DNA from: a virus
Taxonomy: Duplodnaviria; Caudoviricetes
Strand: one strand, 5' to 3'
IMG/VR virus record: IMGVR_UViG_3300020043_003918
Location: 1 to 30,170 of that record
Length of the DNA: 30,170 nucleotides
Part shown: piece after piece, positions 8,482-17,546 of the stretch
Layout of the letters: every line of letters begins with the position of its first letter
Position numbering within the stretch: the stretch's first letter is position 1
Position numbers and translations under genes: made by a program
The notes under the pieces: generated by a model
The model's input: the letters and a program-made list of their open reading frames with translations, nothing else
Databases searched by the model: none
Told to the model about the DNA's origin: nothing

Positions 8482-8501
8482 TCAACTAAGGGGGAAGTAA
8501 G

Positions 8502-8777
8502 ATGGATGGATTATCAGTAAAGGTTAAGGTCGCGGGCGCAGAGGAAAATACATATCCTCTGCGACCACGCACCATCATTTCATTCGAGCAAAAGTTCAAT
8601 AAAGGCTTTGCGAAACTTCTTGATGAAGGTCGCATCGAATATATCTATTGGCTTGCTTGGCACTCAATGAGAGAAGCAGGGGTTGTTGTTAAGCCTTTTG
8701 ATGGCGGTTTCGTGGATACTCTTGAAAGCGCATCATTGACTACAAACCCAAATTCCGAATCCACAGAGAATCTCTAA
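8502..8777 (+). CDS. tail assembly chaperone (gpG-like)
   Basis: Between major tail and tape measure; ends just after the slippery heptamer C CCA AAT. Confidence 0.8.
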   Translation: MDGLSVKVKVAGAEENTYPLRPRTIISFEQKFNKGFAKLLDEGRIEYIYWLAWHSMREAGVVVKPFDGGFVDTLESASLTTNPNSESTENL

Positions 8778-8905
8778 CATACAGCATTGCTGCAATCTCT
8801 GTGGAAACAGGTATTTCACCGCTTGATTTGTTAGACTCGCCGGATGGAATTCTTGAAGCAATAGTCATTTACCTCAAAGAACGAAATAAAGCGCGGAGCA
8901 AATAA
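8747..8905 (+). CDS. tail assembly chaperone -1 frameshift extension (gpGT-like)
   Basis: CCCAAAT at 8747-8753; the -1 frame stays open as FRIHRESLTYSIAAISVETGISPLDLLDSPDGILEAIVIYLKERNKARSK* and ends immediately before the next GTG. Confidence 0.75.
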   Translation, partial: PKFRIHRESLTYSIAAISVETGISPLDLLDSPDGILEAIVIYLKERNKARSK

Positions 8906-9487
8906 GTGGCTGAAAAAGAAGTAATCGTGCTGACAGGCATCAAAGAAACAATTGATGCCCTGAAGCAGTTTGATAAGAAAGCAGTGCGAAACTTCAATAA
9001 GGTCATCAACTCTGAACTTTCGAGCGCCGAAACTAGCGCCCGATCCATAGTTGCTCGAATTAACAACTCACAAGGTACTGGCACACCGATGAGTGGATGG
9101 AGACAGTCAGACCCGACTCGACCTTCATCCACTCGCGGTGGTGCAGGGTGGCCCGCGTGGAAACCTGCCGATATTGCAGCAGGAATTGTTAAATCAAAAG
9201 CTCAGGGTCGAGTTCGTGGTGACTACACCACAAGCGCAGGTAAGTTGATAAATAAGAGCGCAGCAGGTGCAATCTTTGAAGTTGCAGGGCGTAGGACTAA
9301 GGGAACAGCAGCGCGAACTTCAGGCGCTCAGTTCCTGCGTAACCTAGGAAACCGATTTGGCAGAGCATCACGCCTCATTTGGTCGGTAGTTGATAAAGAT
9401 GGAGAGCGAATTCAGCGCAATGTCGCTAAGGCTCTTGAAGATGCAAAACAAGAATTAAGGCAAGCATTGAACAAAGAGAAGGGGTAA
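8906..9487 (+). CDS. HK97 gp10-like tail/neck protein
   Basis: N-terminal LTGIKETIDALK, SAAGAIFEVAGR; basic 193-aa protein. Confidence 0.6.
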   Translation: MAEKEVIVLTGIKETIDALKQFDKKAVRNFNKVINSELSSAETSARSIVARINNSQGTGTPMSGWRQSDPTRPSSTRGGAGWPAWKPADIAAGIVKSKAQGRVRGDYTTSAGKLINKSAAGAIFEVAGRRTKGTAARTSGAQFLRNLGNRFGRASRLIWSVVDKDGERIQRNVAKALEDAKQELRQALNKEKG

Positions 9488-9490
9488 AAA

Positions 9491-11581
9491 ATGGCAACAG
9501 GCGCAATAGTCGCACGCATCCTTACCCAATACTCAGATAAGGGTTCAAAGCAAGCTCAAAAGGATATTAAGAAACTTGGCTCAGAAATTGACAAGTTTGC
9601 TAAGAGGTCATTTCAGGCATTTGGGCTTGCCGCTGCTGCCTCTGCTGCCTTTGCAACAAAGATTGGCGTAGATGCAGTTAAGGCTGCCATTGAGGATCAG
9701 AAATCTCAGGCTATCCTTGCCAACGCTTTACGCAATACAGTTGGCGCAACAGATGAAGCAATTAAAGCCACTGAAGATTATATTTCAAAGCAACAACTCT
9801 TGGTTGGTGTTTCAGACACTCAATTAAGACAATCGCTTATTACACTCACAAGCGTTACACATAATTTAGCCGAAGCACAATCACTTCAAAACATTGCTCT
9901 TGATGTTGCTGCCTCAGGCTTTGGCGATGTAGAGTCAGTTTCAAAGGCTCTCGCTAAGGCATACGCTGGCAATCTAGGCGCACTCAAGAAGTTAGTGCCA
10001 GGCTTAGATGCCAACATTGTAAAAACTAAAGATTTTGATGCTGCAATGAAATACTTGAGTAAAACCTTTGGTGGCGCTGCTGCTACAAGCGCAGATACTC
10101 TTGAAGTTCGTTTGCGTATTCTCAAACTTGCTTATGATGAAGTGCTTGAGAGCCTTGGTTATGCGCTTTTGCCTGTTGTTCAGGAATTTGCAAAGTACCT
10201 TCTCAGCGATGTATTGCCACGCGTACAAGAATGGGTTGATCTCAATAAGGATGAATTGGCAGCAGGGTTGCAATCTGCCGCAGGATTCCTCAAAACTCTT
10301 ATCGAACGCGCAATGGAATTTGGGCAGTGGGTCACAGATAACATCACCACTGTTAAGATTCTCGCTGGTCTTATTGCAACGATGTTTGTTGCTGATAAGG
10401 TTGCAGGATTCGTTATTGCGCTTCAAACAGTCACCGCAGCATTTGCCGCGCTACGCGCAACTGCTCTTGGCGCTGCGATTGCAGCAGCGTTTGCCACAGG
10501 TGGTTTGAGCCTTGCAGGTGCTGCTGCTGCCTTGGCTGCTGCTGGGGTTGCAACTCTTGGTTTGGCTTATGTCAAAAACCAAATGGATAAGGGCAATGAA
10601 AAAACTACCAAATCCACAAAGGGTTTAACAGGCGCTACAAAAACAAATACAGGCGCGACCAAAGATGCCACCAATAAAATTACTCAATACAATGCTGCCG
10701 TAGGCACTACAACCACAAAAACAAAGACTTTAACAGATGAACAAAAGAAGGCACTTGAGGTTCAAAAGGCTCTCAATGTTCAGTTTGGTGTCACCACAAA
10801 AGAGAATGATCCAATTCAACTTGAGGCGGCTCGACTCAACCTTATCAAGCAACAGCAATTAGGTATGCAAGCCGTTGATGCTGCTGCTTGGGCATTATTC
10901 CAAACTCAGGTAAAAATCAACTACGAGGCTGAACGCTATAAAGATATTCAGCTCGTTATCGCGGATCAGAAACTTGATACAGGCGAAATTGCTGCTTTGG
11001 CTAAAAAGTGGAGTATGTCTGAAAGCGCGGTTATTGCTTACATCGCATCCGTAACAGGGGCAGGCAAAATCGTGGGGCTTGATAGCCCAGGCAATGTGGC
11101 TGCTATCGGCTGGAAAAATGCTCTTGATGCCTACAATGCTTACTTACTTGCACAAGGTCAAAAGGTCACAGTAAAACCACCTGCTGCGGAATCAGTCGCT
11201 GCTGCCTCAATTGCCTCACCTTCAACAGTAGGCGTGGGTGCAACAGAGGCTCAGACAACCTATGAATCAATGATTTCTCAGGGATATGATACAAGCGCAG
11301 CACTTTCTTCAGCTCGCTATGCTGGAATGGCTGCTCAATACGCTGCTCAACAGGCTGCTGCAACTGCTTCAGGCGTTGTTCAAGGCTTTACGCCAACAGC
11401 AACTTATGGTGCAGGTGTCTCACCTGGAAGCGCAGGATTTGTCGGCCCAACAATCAATGTGAGCGTAAATGCTGGCAGTGTTGTTGGTAGCCCTGATGCT
11501 CTTGTGGCTACAGTTCGTGAAGGTATCTTGGCTGGTCAATCAAGCGGAAACAAAATCCTATTGAACCCATTGGACTTGTAA
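9491..11581 (+). CDS. tape measure protein
   Basis: 696 aa, Ala-rich, helical, hydrophobic central segments; follows the chaperone genes. Confidence 0.9.
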   Translation: MATGAIVARILTQYSDKGSKQAQKDIKKLGSEIDKFAKRSFQAFGLAAAASAAFATKIGVDAVKAAIEDQKSQAILANALRNTVGATDEAIKATEDYISKQQLLVGVSDTQLRQSLITLTSVTHNLAEAQSLQNIALDVAASGFGDVESVSKALAKAYAGNLGALKKLVPGLDANIVKTKDFDAAMKYLSKTFGGAAATSADTLEVRLRILKLAYDEVLESLGYALLPVVQEFAKYLLSDVLPRVQEWVDLNKDELAAGLQSAAGFLKTLIERAMEFGQWVTDNITTVKILAGLIATMFVADKVAGFVIALQTVTAAFAALRATALGAAIAAAFATGGLSLAGAAAALAAAGVATLGLAYVKNQMDKGNEKTTKSTKGLTGATKTNTGATKDATNKITQYNAAVGTTTTKTKTLTDEQKKALEVQKALNVQFGVTTKENDPIQLEAARLNLIKQQQLGMQAVDAAAWALFQTQVKINYEAERYKDIQLVIADQKLDTGEIAALAKKWSMSESAVIAYIASVTGAGKIVGLDSPGNVAAIGWKNALDAYNAYLLAQGQKVTVKPPAAESVAAASIASPSTVGVGATEAQTTYESMISQGYDTSAALSSARYAGMAAQYAAQQAAATASGVVQGFTPTATYGAGVSPGSAGFVGPTINVSVNAGSVVGSPDALVATVREGILAGQSSGNKILLNPLDL

Positions 11582-11582
11582 A

Positions 11583-12857
11583 ATGAGTATGCCAGTTTTA
11601 GGTGTGAGCATTGATTTTGCAAACGGCCCTGCCTTCGGCAACCCACTTGTTCTTGATGATCCGACTTCATTTCTTGATGAGGCTATCCTTGCCGATAGTG
11701 CAGCAGATGTGGTGGATGTCAGCAATATAACCCTACGCGTGCAAACCAAGCGTGGGCGAAACCGCATCCTTAATAAGTTCGAGGCAGGAAGTGCTAGCAT
11801 CACCTTGCGTGATGACAACGGCGATTTCTCACCTTCCAATACCTCATCTCCCTACTACGGCAAGCTCGTACCTCTTCGTAAGGTGCGCGTGTGGGCTGAT
11901 TATCAGGATGAAGATACTCTTATCACCACTCGTTACTTCATCTTTTCAGGCTATGTCACCTCTTATGACACAAACTTTGTGCGTGGAGCCGAAGAGACAT
12001 CCACAGTCACGCTTCAATGCGTAGATGGATTCCGACTCTTTACGAACATCGCCATTTCTACAGTTTCAGGCGCACCTGCGGGGCAATTGTCGGGCGCAAG
12101 AATCAATGCTTTGCTTGATTTGGCGGACTACCCTGCCTCTCAGCGTGCGATTGATACCGGCAACAGCACCCTTCAGGCAGACCCAGGAACAGCGCGATCC
12201 TTGCTTGAGGCAATCCAAACTGTTGAAGTCAGCGAATTCGGCGGCTTCTTCTTTCAAAGCACAGGCACTGCCACCTTCTTATCTCGCAATACAGTCTCGC
12301 TCAAAGCAGATGAGACTCCATACAATTTCAGCGATGACGGCACAGGCATCGGTTATTCGGCGATTGACTTTGCCTACGATGACCAGCTCATTGTGAATGA
12401 TGTAACTGTTCAAAGGTTGGGGGGCGTGGCACAGAATGTGCAGGATGCCACCTCAATTGAGACTTACTTTATTCACTCAGGCCAACGCACAGGCATCTTA
12501 GTTCAGACAGATACTGAAGCCAACAATCAGGCAGTGATGCTCTTGAACGCTCGAAAGAATGCCACCCTGCGTATTGACTCAATGACCTTGAATCTCTTTG
12601 ATACTAATGCCAACGCAAATGACCGCATTATTGCGGGGCTTTCAATGGAGATTTTTGACCTTCTCAATATCACCAAGCAAATGCCAGGTGGATCAGTGGT
12701 GACACGCGAGTTATTCTGCCAAGGAGTAGCCCACGAAATTACGCCAAGAATATGGAATACTACTATCTATACATCCGAGCCTTTGATTCAAGCATTTATC
12801 TTAGATTCAACAACACAAGGAACGCTGGACAATTCCAACGCGGTTTTGTCTTACTAA
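11583..12857 (+). CDS. minor tail protein (tail tip/hub)
   Basis: RGRNRILNKFEAG, LSGARINALLD, SEFGGFFF; immediately after the tape measure. Confidence 0.8.
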   Translation: MSMPVLGVSIDFANGPAFGNPLVLDDPTSFLDEAILADSAADVVDVSNITLRVQTKRGRNRILNKFEAGSASITLRDDNGDFSPSNTSSPYYGKLVPLRKVRVWADYQDEDTLITTRYFIFSGYVTSYDTNFVRGAEETSTVTLQCVDGFRLFTNIAISTVSGAPAGQLSGARINALLDLADYPASQRAIDTGNSTLQADPGTARSLLEAIQTVEVSEFGGFFFQSTGTATFLSRNTVSLKADETPYNFSDDGTGIGYSAIDFAYDDQLIVNDVTVQRLGGVAQNVQDATSIETYFIHSGQRTGILVQTDTEANNQAVMLLNARKNATLRIDSMTLNLFDTNANANDRIIAGLSMEIFDLLNITKQMPGGSVVTRELFCQGVAHEITPRIWNTTIYTSEPLIQAFILDSTTQGTLDNSNAVLSY

Positions 12858-12870
12858 ATAAGGAGCAAAA

Positions 12871-13497
12871 ATGGCAGGTCTAGGCTATAAGGATTTCACT
12901 GTAGGTCAGGTGCTTACATCGGCTGAGGTTGATGGATACTTGATGCAGCAAACTATTATGAAGTTTGCAGATTCTGCAGCTCGAACCACTGCTCTTTCAG
13001 GCGTACTTGCTGAAGGTATGTTTTCATACCTAGCAGATACAAATGCAACTGAGTATTACGATGGCAGCGCGTGGGTTTCAATTTCTAACCCAGGTGACAT
13101 CACAGCAGTTGTTGCTTCAACAGGATTGAGCGGTGGGGGAACATCGGGTAGCGTTTCACTTGCTTTTGATTATTCAGTAGGAAACCAATCAGTCGAGAAC
13201 GCTCAGACTGGAACTACCTATACTCTCGTTCTCACAGATGCTGGCAAGATGGTTACTCTTACCAACGCCTCAGCAATCACACTTACAGTGCCACCTAACA
13301 GTTCAGTGGCATTTCCAACAAATACCCGCATTGACTTGCTTCAATATGGTGCTGGTCAGGTAACAGTCGCTGCTGGCAGTGGAGTGACGATTGCTTCTAA
13401 GGCTTCAGCATTGAAGTTGTCAGCCCAATATGCCGGTGCGACCCTTTGGAAGAAGGCAACTGATACTTGGGTTCTCGTAGGGGATATTTCAGCCTAA
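12871..13497 (+). CDS. minor tail/fibre protein
   Basis: FTVGQVLTSAEV N-terminus, YYDGSAWV, TYTLVLTDAGK...WVLVGD C-terminal domain typical of fibre proteins. Confidence 0.8.
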   Translation: MAGLGYKDFTVGQVLTSAEVDGYLMQQTIMKFADSAARTTALSGVLAEGMFSYLADTNATEYYDGSAWVSISNPGDITAVVASTGLSGGGTSGSVSLAFDYSVGNQSVENAQTGTTYTLVLTDAGKMVTLTNASAITLTVPPNSSVAFPTNTRIDLLQYGAGQVTVAAGSGVTIASKASALKLSAQYAGATLWKKATDTWVLVGDISA

Positions 13498-14072
13498 TGA
13501 GTCCACTACCACCGCTAGGGTTTAAGCAATTCGTTGCCGCCTCTACAAATTCTTATGAGAGCATTTCTACTGTAACAGTTGGATCAGGTGGGTCTAGTTC
13601 TATCTCATTTTCATCAATTCCTAGCACTTACAAGCATTTGCAAATTCGCGCAATGGCAAAAATGAGTTCTACGGCAGCTAGTGGGGATGACGGCTGGATA
13701 GTTCAATGCAACGGGGATACAGGAACAAATTACGCGTGGCATATGCTCTACGGCGCAGGAAGTTCTGCAAACGCTTTTACTCCGGGTGCTTCGCAATCTC
13801 GTATGTACCCTTACGGATTAGCGTTTAGCGGTTCAGGTAATATCGGCTGGGGCGTTATGGTTGCCGATGCTTTAGATTATGCAAATACCTCAAAATATAA
13901 AACATTTAGATATTTGAGTGGTTATGATTCAAACACGCTTTCCGGTGACGTTGTTTTTGCTTCTGGAATGTGGATGAATACTGCTGCTATTACTTCAATT
14001 TCTATTGCTAGTCCTTTTGGCAATTTTGTTGAATACTCATCATTCGCACTCTACGGAATTAAGGGGGCATAA
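13497..14072 (+). CDS. tail-tip/receptor-binding-like protein, paralog A
   Basis: TAATG start; FSSIPSTYKHLQIR ... W-x-NTAAITSI ... ALYGIK. Confidence 0.75.
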   Translation: MSPLPPLGFKQFVAASTNSYESISTVTVGSGGSSSISFSSIPSTYKHLQIRAMAKMSSTAASGDDGWIVQCNGDTGTNYAWHMLYGAGSSANAFTPGASQSRMYPYGLAFSGSGNIGWGVMVADALDYANTSKYKTFRYLSGYDSNTLSGDVVFASGMWMNTAAITSISIASPFGNFVEYSSFALYGIKGA

Positions 14073-14075
14073 CAA

Positions 14076-14606
14076 ATGGCAGCAGGATCAACTTATACCC
14101 CGATTGCGACTACTACTTTGGCAAGCAATCAAGGAACAGTTACCTTTTCTTCAATTCCTACTACTTACACAGACCTTCGCTTAATCATCAAGGGCGGTTT
14201 TGTGGATAACGGATTTATCTTTGGAATCAGAGTTGGAAACGGCTCAGTAGATTCAGGCACTAATTATTCATTTACTTGGATGCGTGGTAACGGAACATCT
14301 GCAACGTCTGGGCGGTATTCAGGTATGACTTTAGGCGCAGCGTGCGAAGAAGGCAAAGATGACCTTAACAATATCTGCATTGTTGATTTTATGAACTATT
14401 CCAATACTTCAACATATAAAACTTGGGTAACGCGTAAAGGCAACGCAGGTAATACTACAGACTCAACAGTAAATTTATGGCGTTCAACTTCTGCAATTAA
14501 CACAATAGCTATTGCTGAGTCAGGAGCAGGTGGTACAGGCTCATTTAATTACGGCAATATGCTTGCCGGAACTACCTTTACCCTCTACGGAATTCAGGCG
14601 GCATAA
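14076..14606 (+). CDS. tail-tip/receptor-binding-like protein, paralog B
   Basis: FSSIPTTYTDLRL ... WRSTSAINTI ... TLYGIQ. Confidence 0.75.
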   Translation: MAAGSTYTPIATTTLASNQGTVTFSSIPTTYTDLRLIIKGGFVDNGFIFGIRVGNGSVDSGTNYSFTWMRGNGTSATSGRYSGMTLGAACEEGKDDLNNICIVDFMNYSNTSTYKTWVTRKGNAGNTTDSTVNLWRSTSAINTIAIAESGAGGTGSFNYGNMLAGTTFTLYGIQAA

Positions 14607-15109
14607 TGGCAAATACCTTTGAACTTATAGCTTCTTCTACTGTGGGCTCTGGTGGGGCTTCTTCTATTGACTTTACAAGTATTCCTAGCACTTACACAGA
14701 CCTTTGCTTAAAGTTTTCAGTAAGAGATACCAACGCGGGAGCAGCGGTTAATATGTTCATCAAGTTAAATACTTCTACTTCAAACTTTACAGCAAAAGGT
14801 CTAAGCGGTACAGGTTCAGCTGCTCAGAGTTACAACATCACAGACGGCTACTTAGGTGTTATTAACGGGGCTGGTTCAACATCAAGCACGTTTTCGTCAG
14901 GTGAGTTGTATTTTCCTAATTATGCAGGAAGTACCAACAAGTCTTTCAGTAATGAAATTGTGCAGGAAAACAACGGCACAACTGCCTACGCTCAAATGCA
15001 AGCAGAGTTGTGGTCTAACACCGCAGCGATAAACGCAATCAGCCTTACACCTACAACCTTGTTTACCCAATACTCAACCGCCTATCTATATGGAGTCAAA
15101 AATGCCTAA
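14606..15109 (+). CDS. tail-tip/receptor-binding-like protein, paralog C
   Basis: FTSIPSTYTDLCL ... WSNTAAINAI ... YLYGVK. Confidence 0.75.
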   Translation: MANTFELIASSTVGSGGASSIDFTSIPSTYTDLCLKFSVRDTNAGAAVNMFIKLNTSTSNFTAKGLSGTGSAAQSYNITDGYLGVINGAGSTSSTFSSGELYFPNYAGSTNKSFSNEIVQENNGTTAYAQMQAELWSNTAAINAISLTPTTLFTQYSTAYLYGVKNA

Positions 15110-15335
15110 CCCAACACGAATCGAAATCAACTGCGAGACAGGCGTTGAGTCAATCATTGAACTCACAGACGCTGAAGTTGCTGAAATGGAAGCAGCGGCC
15201 GCAATCGCTGAAGCGGATCGCGTAGCACGCGAGGAAGCAGCCGAGGCACTTGCTGCGCTCAAGGCATCTGCGAAGGCAAAGCTCATTGCAGGGCAACCGC
15301 TAACGGCTGAAGAAGCAGACACGCTCGTTATCTAA
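15102..15335 (+). CDS. small protein, possible fibre assembly chaperone
   Basis: GGAG RBS; MPNPTRIEINCETG then an Ala/Glu-rich helix; follows the fibre genes. Confidence 0.65.
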   Translation: MPNPTRIEINCETGVESIIELTDAEVAEMEAAAAIAEADRVAREEAAEALAALKASAKAKLIAGQPLTAEEADTLVI

Positions 15336-15373
15336 GTTTCATTTCATCGGGGGCTAGAATTTAAGGAGCAATC

Positions 15374-15628
15374 GTGGCTTACTCACGGCATTTTACAATC
15401 ACCACCACAAGGCAATTGATTGTTCCTGTAGATGGATCAGCACAAGAAGTGTTACTGCACTCTTCAGGTGGCACTGTGTATATTGGCGGTTCAGATGTCA
15501 AATCTGATAATGGCTACAAGATGGATGTGGGCGATAAAGAAACATTTATCATTCACCCAGGCGATGAGATATATGCAATCACTAGCTCAGGTTCAACTCA
15601 AATTATGATGCTTTTCTTGGTGCGATGA
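15374..15628 (+). CDS. hypothetical protein (beta-rich)
   Basis: AAGGAG RBS plus GTG; 84 aa, VYIGGSDV...GYKMD. Confidence 0.75.
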   Translation: MAYSRHFTITTTRQLIVPVDGSAQEVLLHSSGGTVYIGGSDVKSDNGYKMDVGDKETFIIHPGDEIYAITSSGSTQIMMLFLVR

Positions 15629-15852
15629 TGAACGCTACTGATTACGCTACAATTGCCGTTGCAACAATTGCAATTATTTCAGGATTTACCGGGGCAGTTA
15701 GATGGCTTGTGAAGCATTATCTAGCTGAATTGAAACCAAACGGGGGCAGTTCAATGCGCGATAGCGTGAACGCTAACTCCGAGAGGCTCAAACGACTTGA
15801 ATCAAGGGTTGATAAGATTTACGAAATTCTCTGCGAAAGCAAAGGCAAGTAG
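15625..15852 (+). CDS. membrane protein (TM plus coiled coil), lysis-associated
   Basis: N-terminal TM, ELKPNGGSSMRD motif, C-terminal coiled coil. Confidence 0.75.
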   Translation: MMNATDYATIAVATIAIISGFTGAVRWLVKHYLAELKPNGGSSMRDSVNANSERLKRLESRVDKIYEILCESKGK

Positions 15853-17113
15853 GCTTGCGGTAGTTGTTGGCATCATCTTTGCCTATTCTTTCTTATTCCC
15901 TGCCGAGGCTCAGGCCCAACAAACAGGGATGGTTCAAGTAACTTGCACCAACGGCACATTTAATGTGGGTTGGGATAACTCAAACTCATACTTTGCAGAT
16001 AAAGGCAACATTGCTGCCTTTTATTGCTTCATTGTTCAGCATACTGAATATGTAAGCGATAGCCTCACAGATGATTCTTTGCGTTATTACAATGGCGTGA
16101 TTCCTACGCCAACACCTACGCCTGAGCCAACTCCGACACCTACAGTTGATCCGACTCCAACACCTGAACCAACACCTTCTCCATCACCAACTGTTGATTC
16201 TCCAACTGTAATCGTTGAGCCATCTCCAACCGCAACAGTCACACCAACACCACAGGAAACACCAACTGTGGTTGTTCAAGAGACTCCAACTGTGGTTATT
16301 CAAGAGACTCCAACTGTAATTATCAACGATACTTCGACTGTAATTGTGAGCGATACTTCAACGGCAGTGGTAACTCCAACCCCTGAGCCAACCCCTGAGC
16401 CAACTCCGACTCCGACTCCCCCACCGGCAGTTGAACCAGCACCCGCACCTGCGCCTGTGCAACAACCCGCACCGCAACCCGCGCCTGAGCCAACACCCGC
16501 ACCTCAACCTGCACCTGCGCCTATTGCAATTCCTGATCCTGCACCCGTTCCTGCACCCGAACCACCTGCGGTTGAACCTGAACCGCCTGTTGTCGAGCCT
16601 GAACCGCCTGTAGTTGCGCCCGAACCACCCGCACCTGCACCTGAACCAGCGCCCGAACCTGCACCGGTTCCTGTTGAACCAGCACCTGAACCTGCGCCTG
16701 TTCCTGTTGAACCTGCGCCTATTCCTGCGCCTGAGCCAATACCTGCGCCTGTTCCTGTAGCTGAACCCGCACCTGCAATCGCACCTTCTTATGAGAATCC
16801 AGTTGCAATCGGATCAGTAGATGTGGCAACACTGCCACCCGATACGCCTGTTGAACTTGAAAACGGCGTAATCCTTACGGCTGAAGTTGTTGTTGCTCTC
16901 GTTTTGCTTGAAAATCCAAGTGAGCTAATTTCCGCAATCTTTACAGACCCAGGGCAAGCGTTAATGGCGCTGGCAAATGTAGGTGCGGATATGTCACCTG
17001 AAGTTCGTGAGAAGGCTGAAGATACAATCATTGCAGCCGTTATCGCAGGGGGAATCGCTACTCAGTCGGCAGTAACTGCTGCTGGCGCTGCCGCATATAG
17101 GAGAAACCCTTGA
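15797..17113 (+). CDS. exported Pro/Thr-rich protein
   Basis: Signal peptide-like N-terminus (AEAQA), about 230-aa PT/PEP/PAP stalk, helical hydrophobic C-terminal domain; start codon uncertain. Confidence 0.8.
   Translation: MNQGLIRFTKFSAKAKASRLAVVVGIIFAYSFLFPAEAQAQQTGMVQVTCTNGTFNVGWDNSNSYFADKGNIAAFYCFIVQHTEYVSDSLTDDSLRYYNGVIPTPTPTPEPTPTPTVDPTPTPEPTPSPSPTVDSPTVIVEPSPTATVTPTPQETPTVVVQETPTVVIQETPTVIINDTSTVIVSDTSTAVVTPTPEPTPEPTPTPTPPPAVEPAPAPAPVQQPAPQPAPEPTPAPQPAPAPIAIPDPAPVPAPEPPAVEPEPPVVEPEPPVVAPEPPAPAPEPAPEPAPVPVEPAPEPAPVPVEPAPIPAPEPIPAPVPVAEPAPAIAPSYENPVAIGSVDVATLPPDTPVELENGVILTAEVVVALVLLENPSELISAIFTDPGQALMALANVGADMSPEVREKAEDTIIAAVIAGGIATQSAVTAAGAAAYRRNP
16100..16785 (+). repeat. coding low-complexity tandem repeats (PT, QETPTVVV, EPAP)
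   Basis: Imperfect 24-nt units GAGACTCCAACTGTGGTT.. and 12-21-nt CCTGAACCAGCA-type units inside the Pro-rich ORF. Confidence 0.8.
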
Positions 17114-17277
17114 GAAAGTTCATCAACGCAATTCTTGACCAAACCTACACACTGCTTGGAATGTTCGTTGCCTGGGTAGTTTTAGAGGGAAGCGCACGAA
17201 CAATTGTTACTTATGCAATCTTCATCGCAATGATGATTGATGCTACTCGACAGACCTTTAGAAAGGATCAAGAATGA
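17110..17277 (+). CDS. small two-TM membrane protein
   Basis: GGAG RBS, TTGA overlap; MRKFINAILDQTYTLLGMFVAWVVLEGSARTIVTYAIFIAMMIDATRQTFRKDQE*; ATGA overlap with the next gene. Confidence 0.75.
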   Translation: MRKFINAILDQTYTLLGMFVAWVVLEGSARTIVTYAIFIAMMIDATRQTFRKDQE

Positions 17278-17546
17278 ACCTAGTAAAAGACATTTTAGGG
17301 CGTATGGTTGCCGTGTTCGTTATTGGCGCGGCTGGATTCATCTCAGGCGGTGCAGTAATTGGCGCAGTCACAGATGTTCAGATTTCACCGGCAATCTCTG
17401 CTGCAATGGCAGGATTTGTCGCAGTAATGGATGTTCTCGTTGAACTAGCTCGCCTTTATGTAGGCGATGGCAAACTTTCACGCGAGGAAGTCAATCAGGC
17501 ATTTAGCAAGGCTTCAAAGTCAGATAAAGAAGAAAAGGGGAAGTAA
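17274..17546 (+). CDS. holin-like protein
   Basis: Two TM segments, charged C-terminus (DGKLSREEVNQAF..KEEKGK), directly upstream of the endolysin. Confidence 0.7.
   Translation: MNLVKDILGRMVAVFVIGAAGFISGGAVIGAVTDVQISPAISAAMAGFVAVMDVLVELARLYVGDGKLSREEVNQAFSKASKSDKEEKGK

Noticed and set aside
706-12396. Numerous 60-150 aa antisense and alternate-frame ORFs inside structural genes
   Set aside because: Shadow ORFs of biased-codon genes, with no RBS or recognisable motifs.
13497-15109. Diversity-generating retroelement target/template repeats
   Set aside because: No reverse transcriptase, and no near-identical repeat pair differing at adenines; similarity is protein-level paralogy.
16100-16785. 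Possible CRISPR or non-coding repeat array
   Set aside because: Repeats are codon-phased, degenerate at third positions and lack unique spacers; they encode the Pro/Thr stalk.
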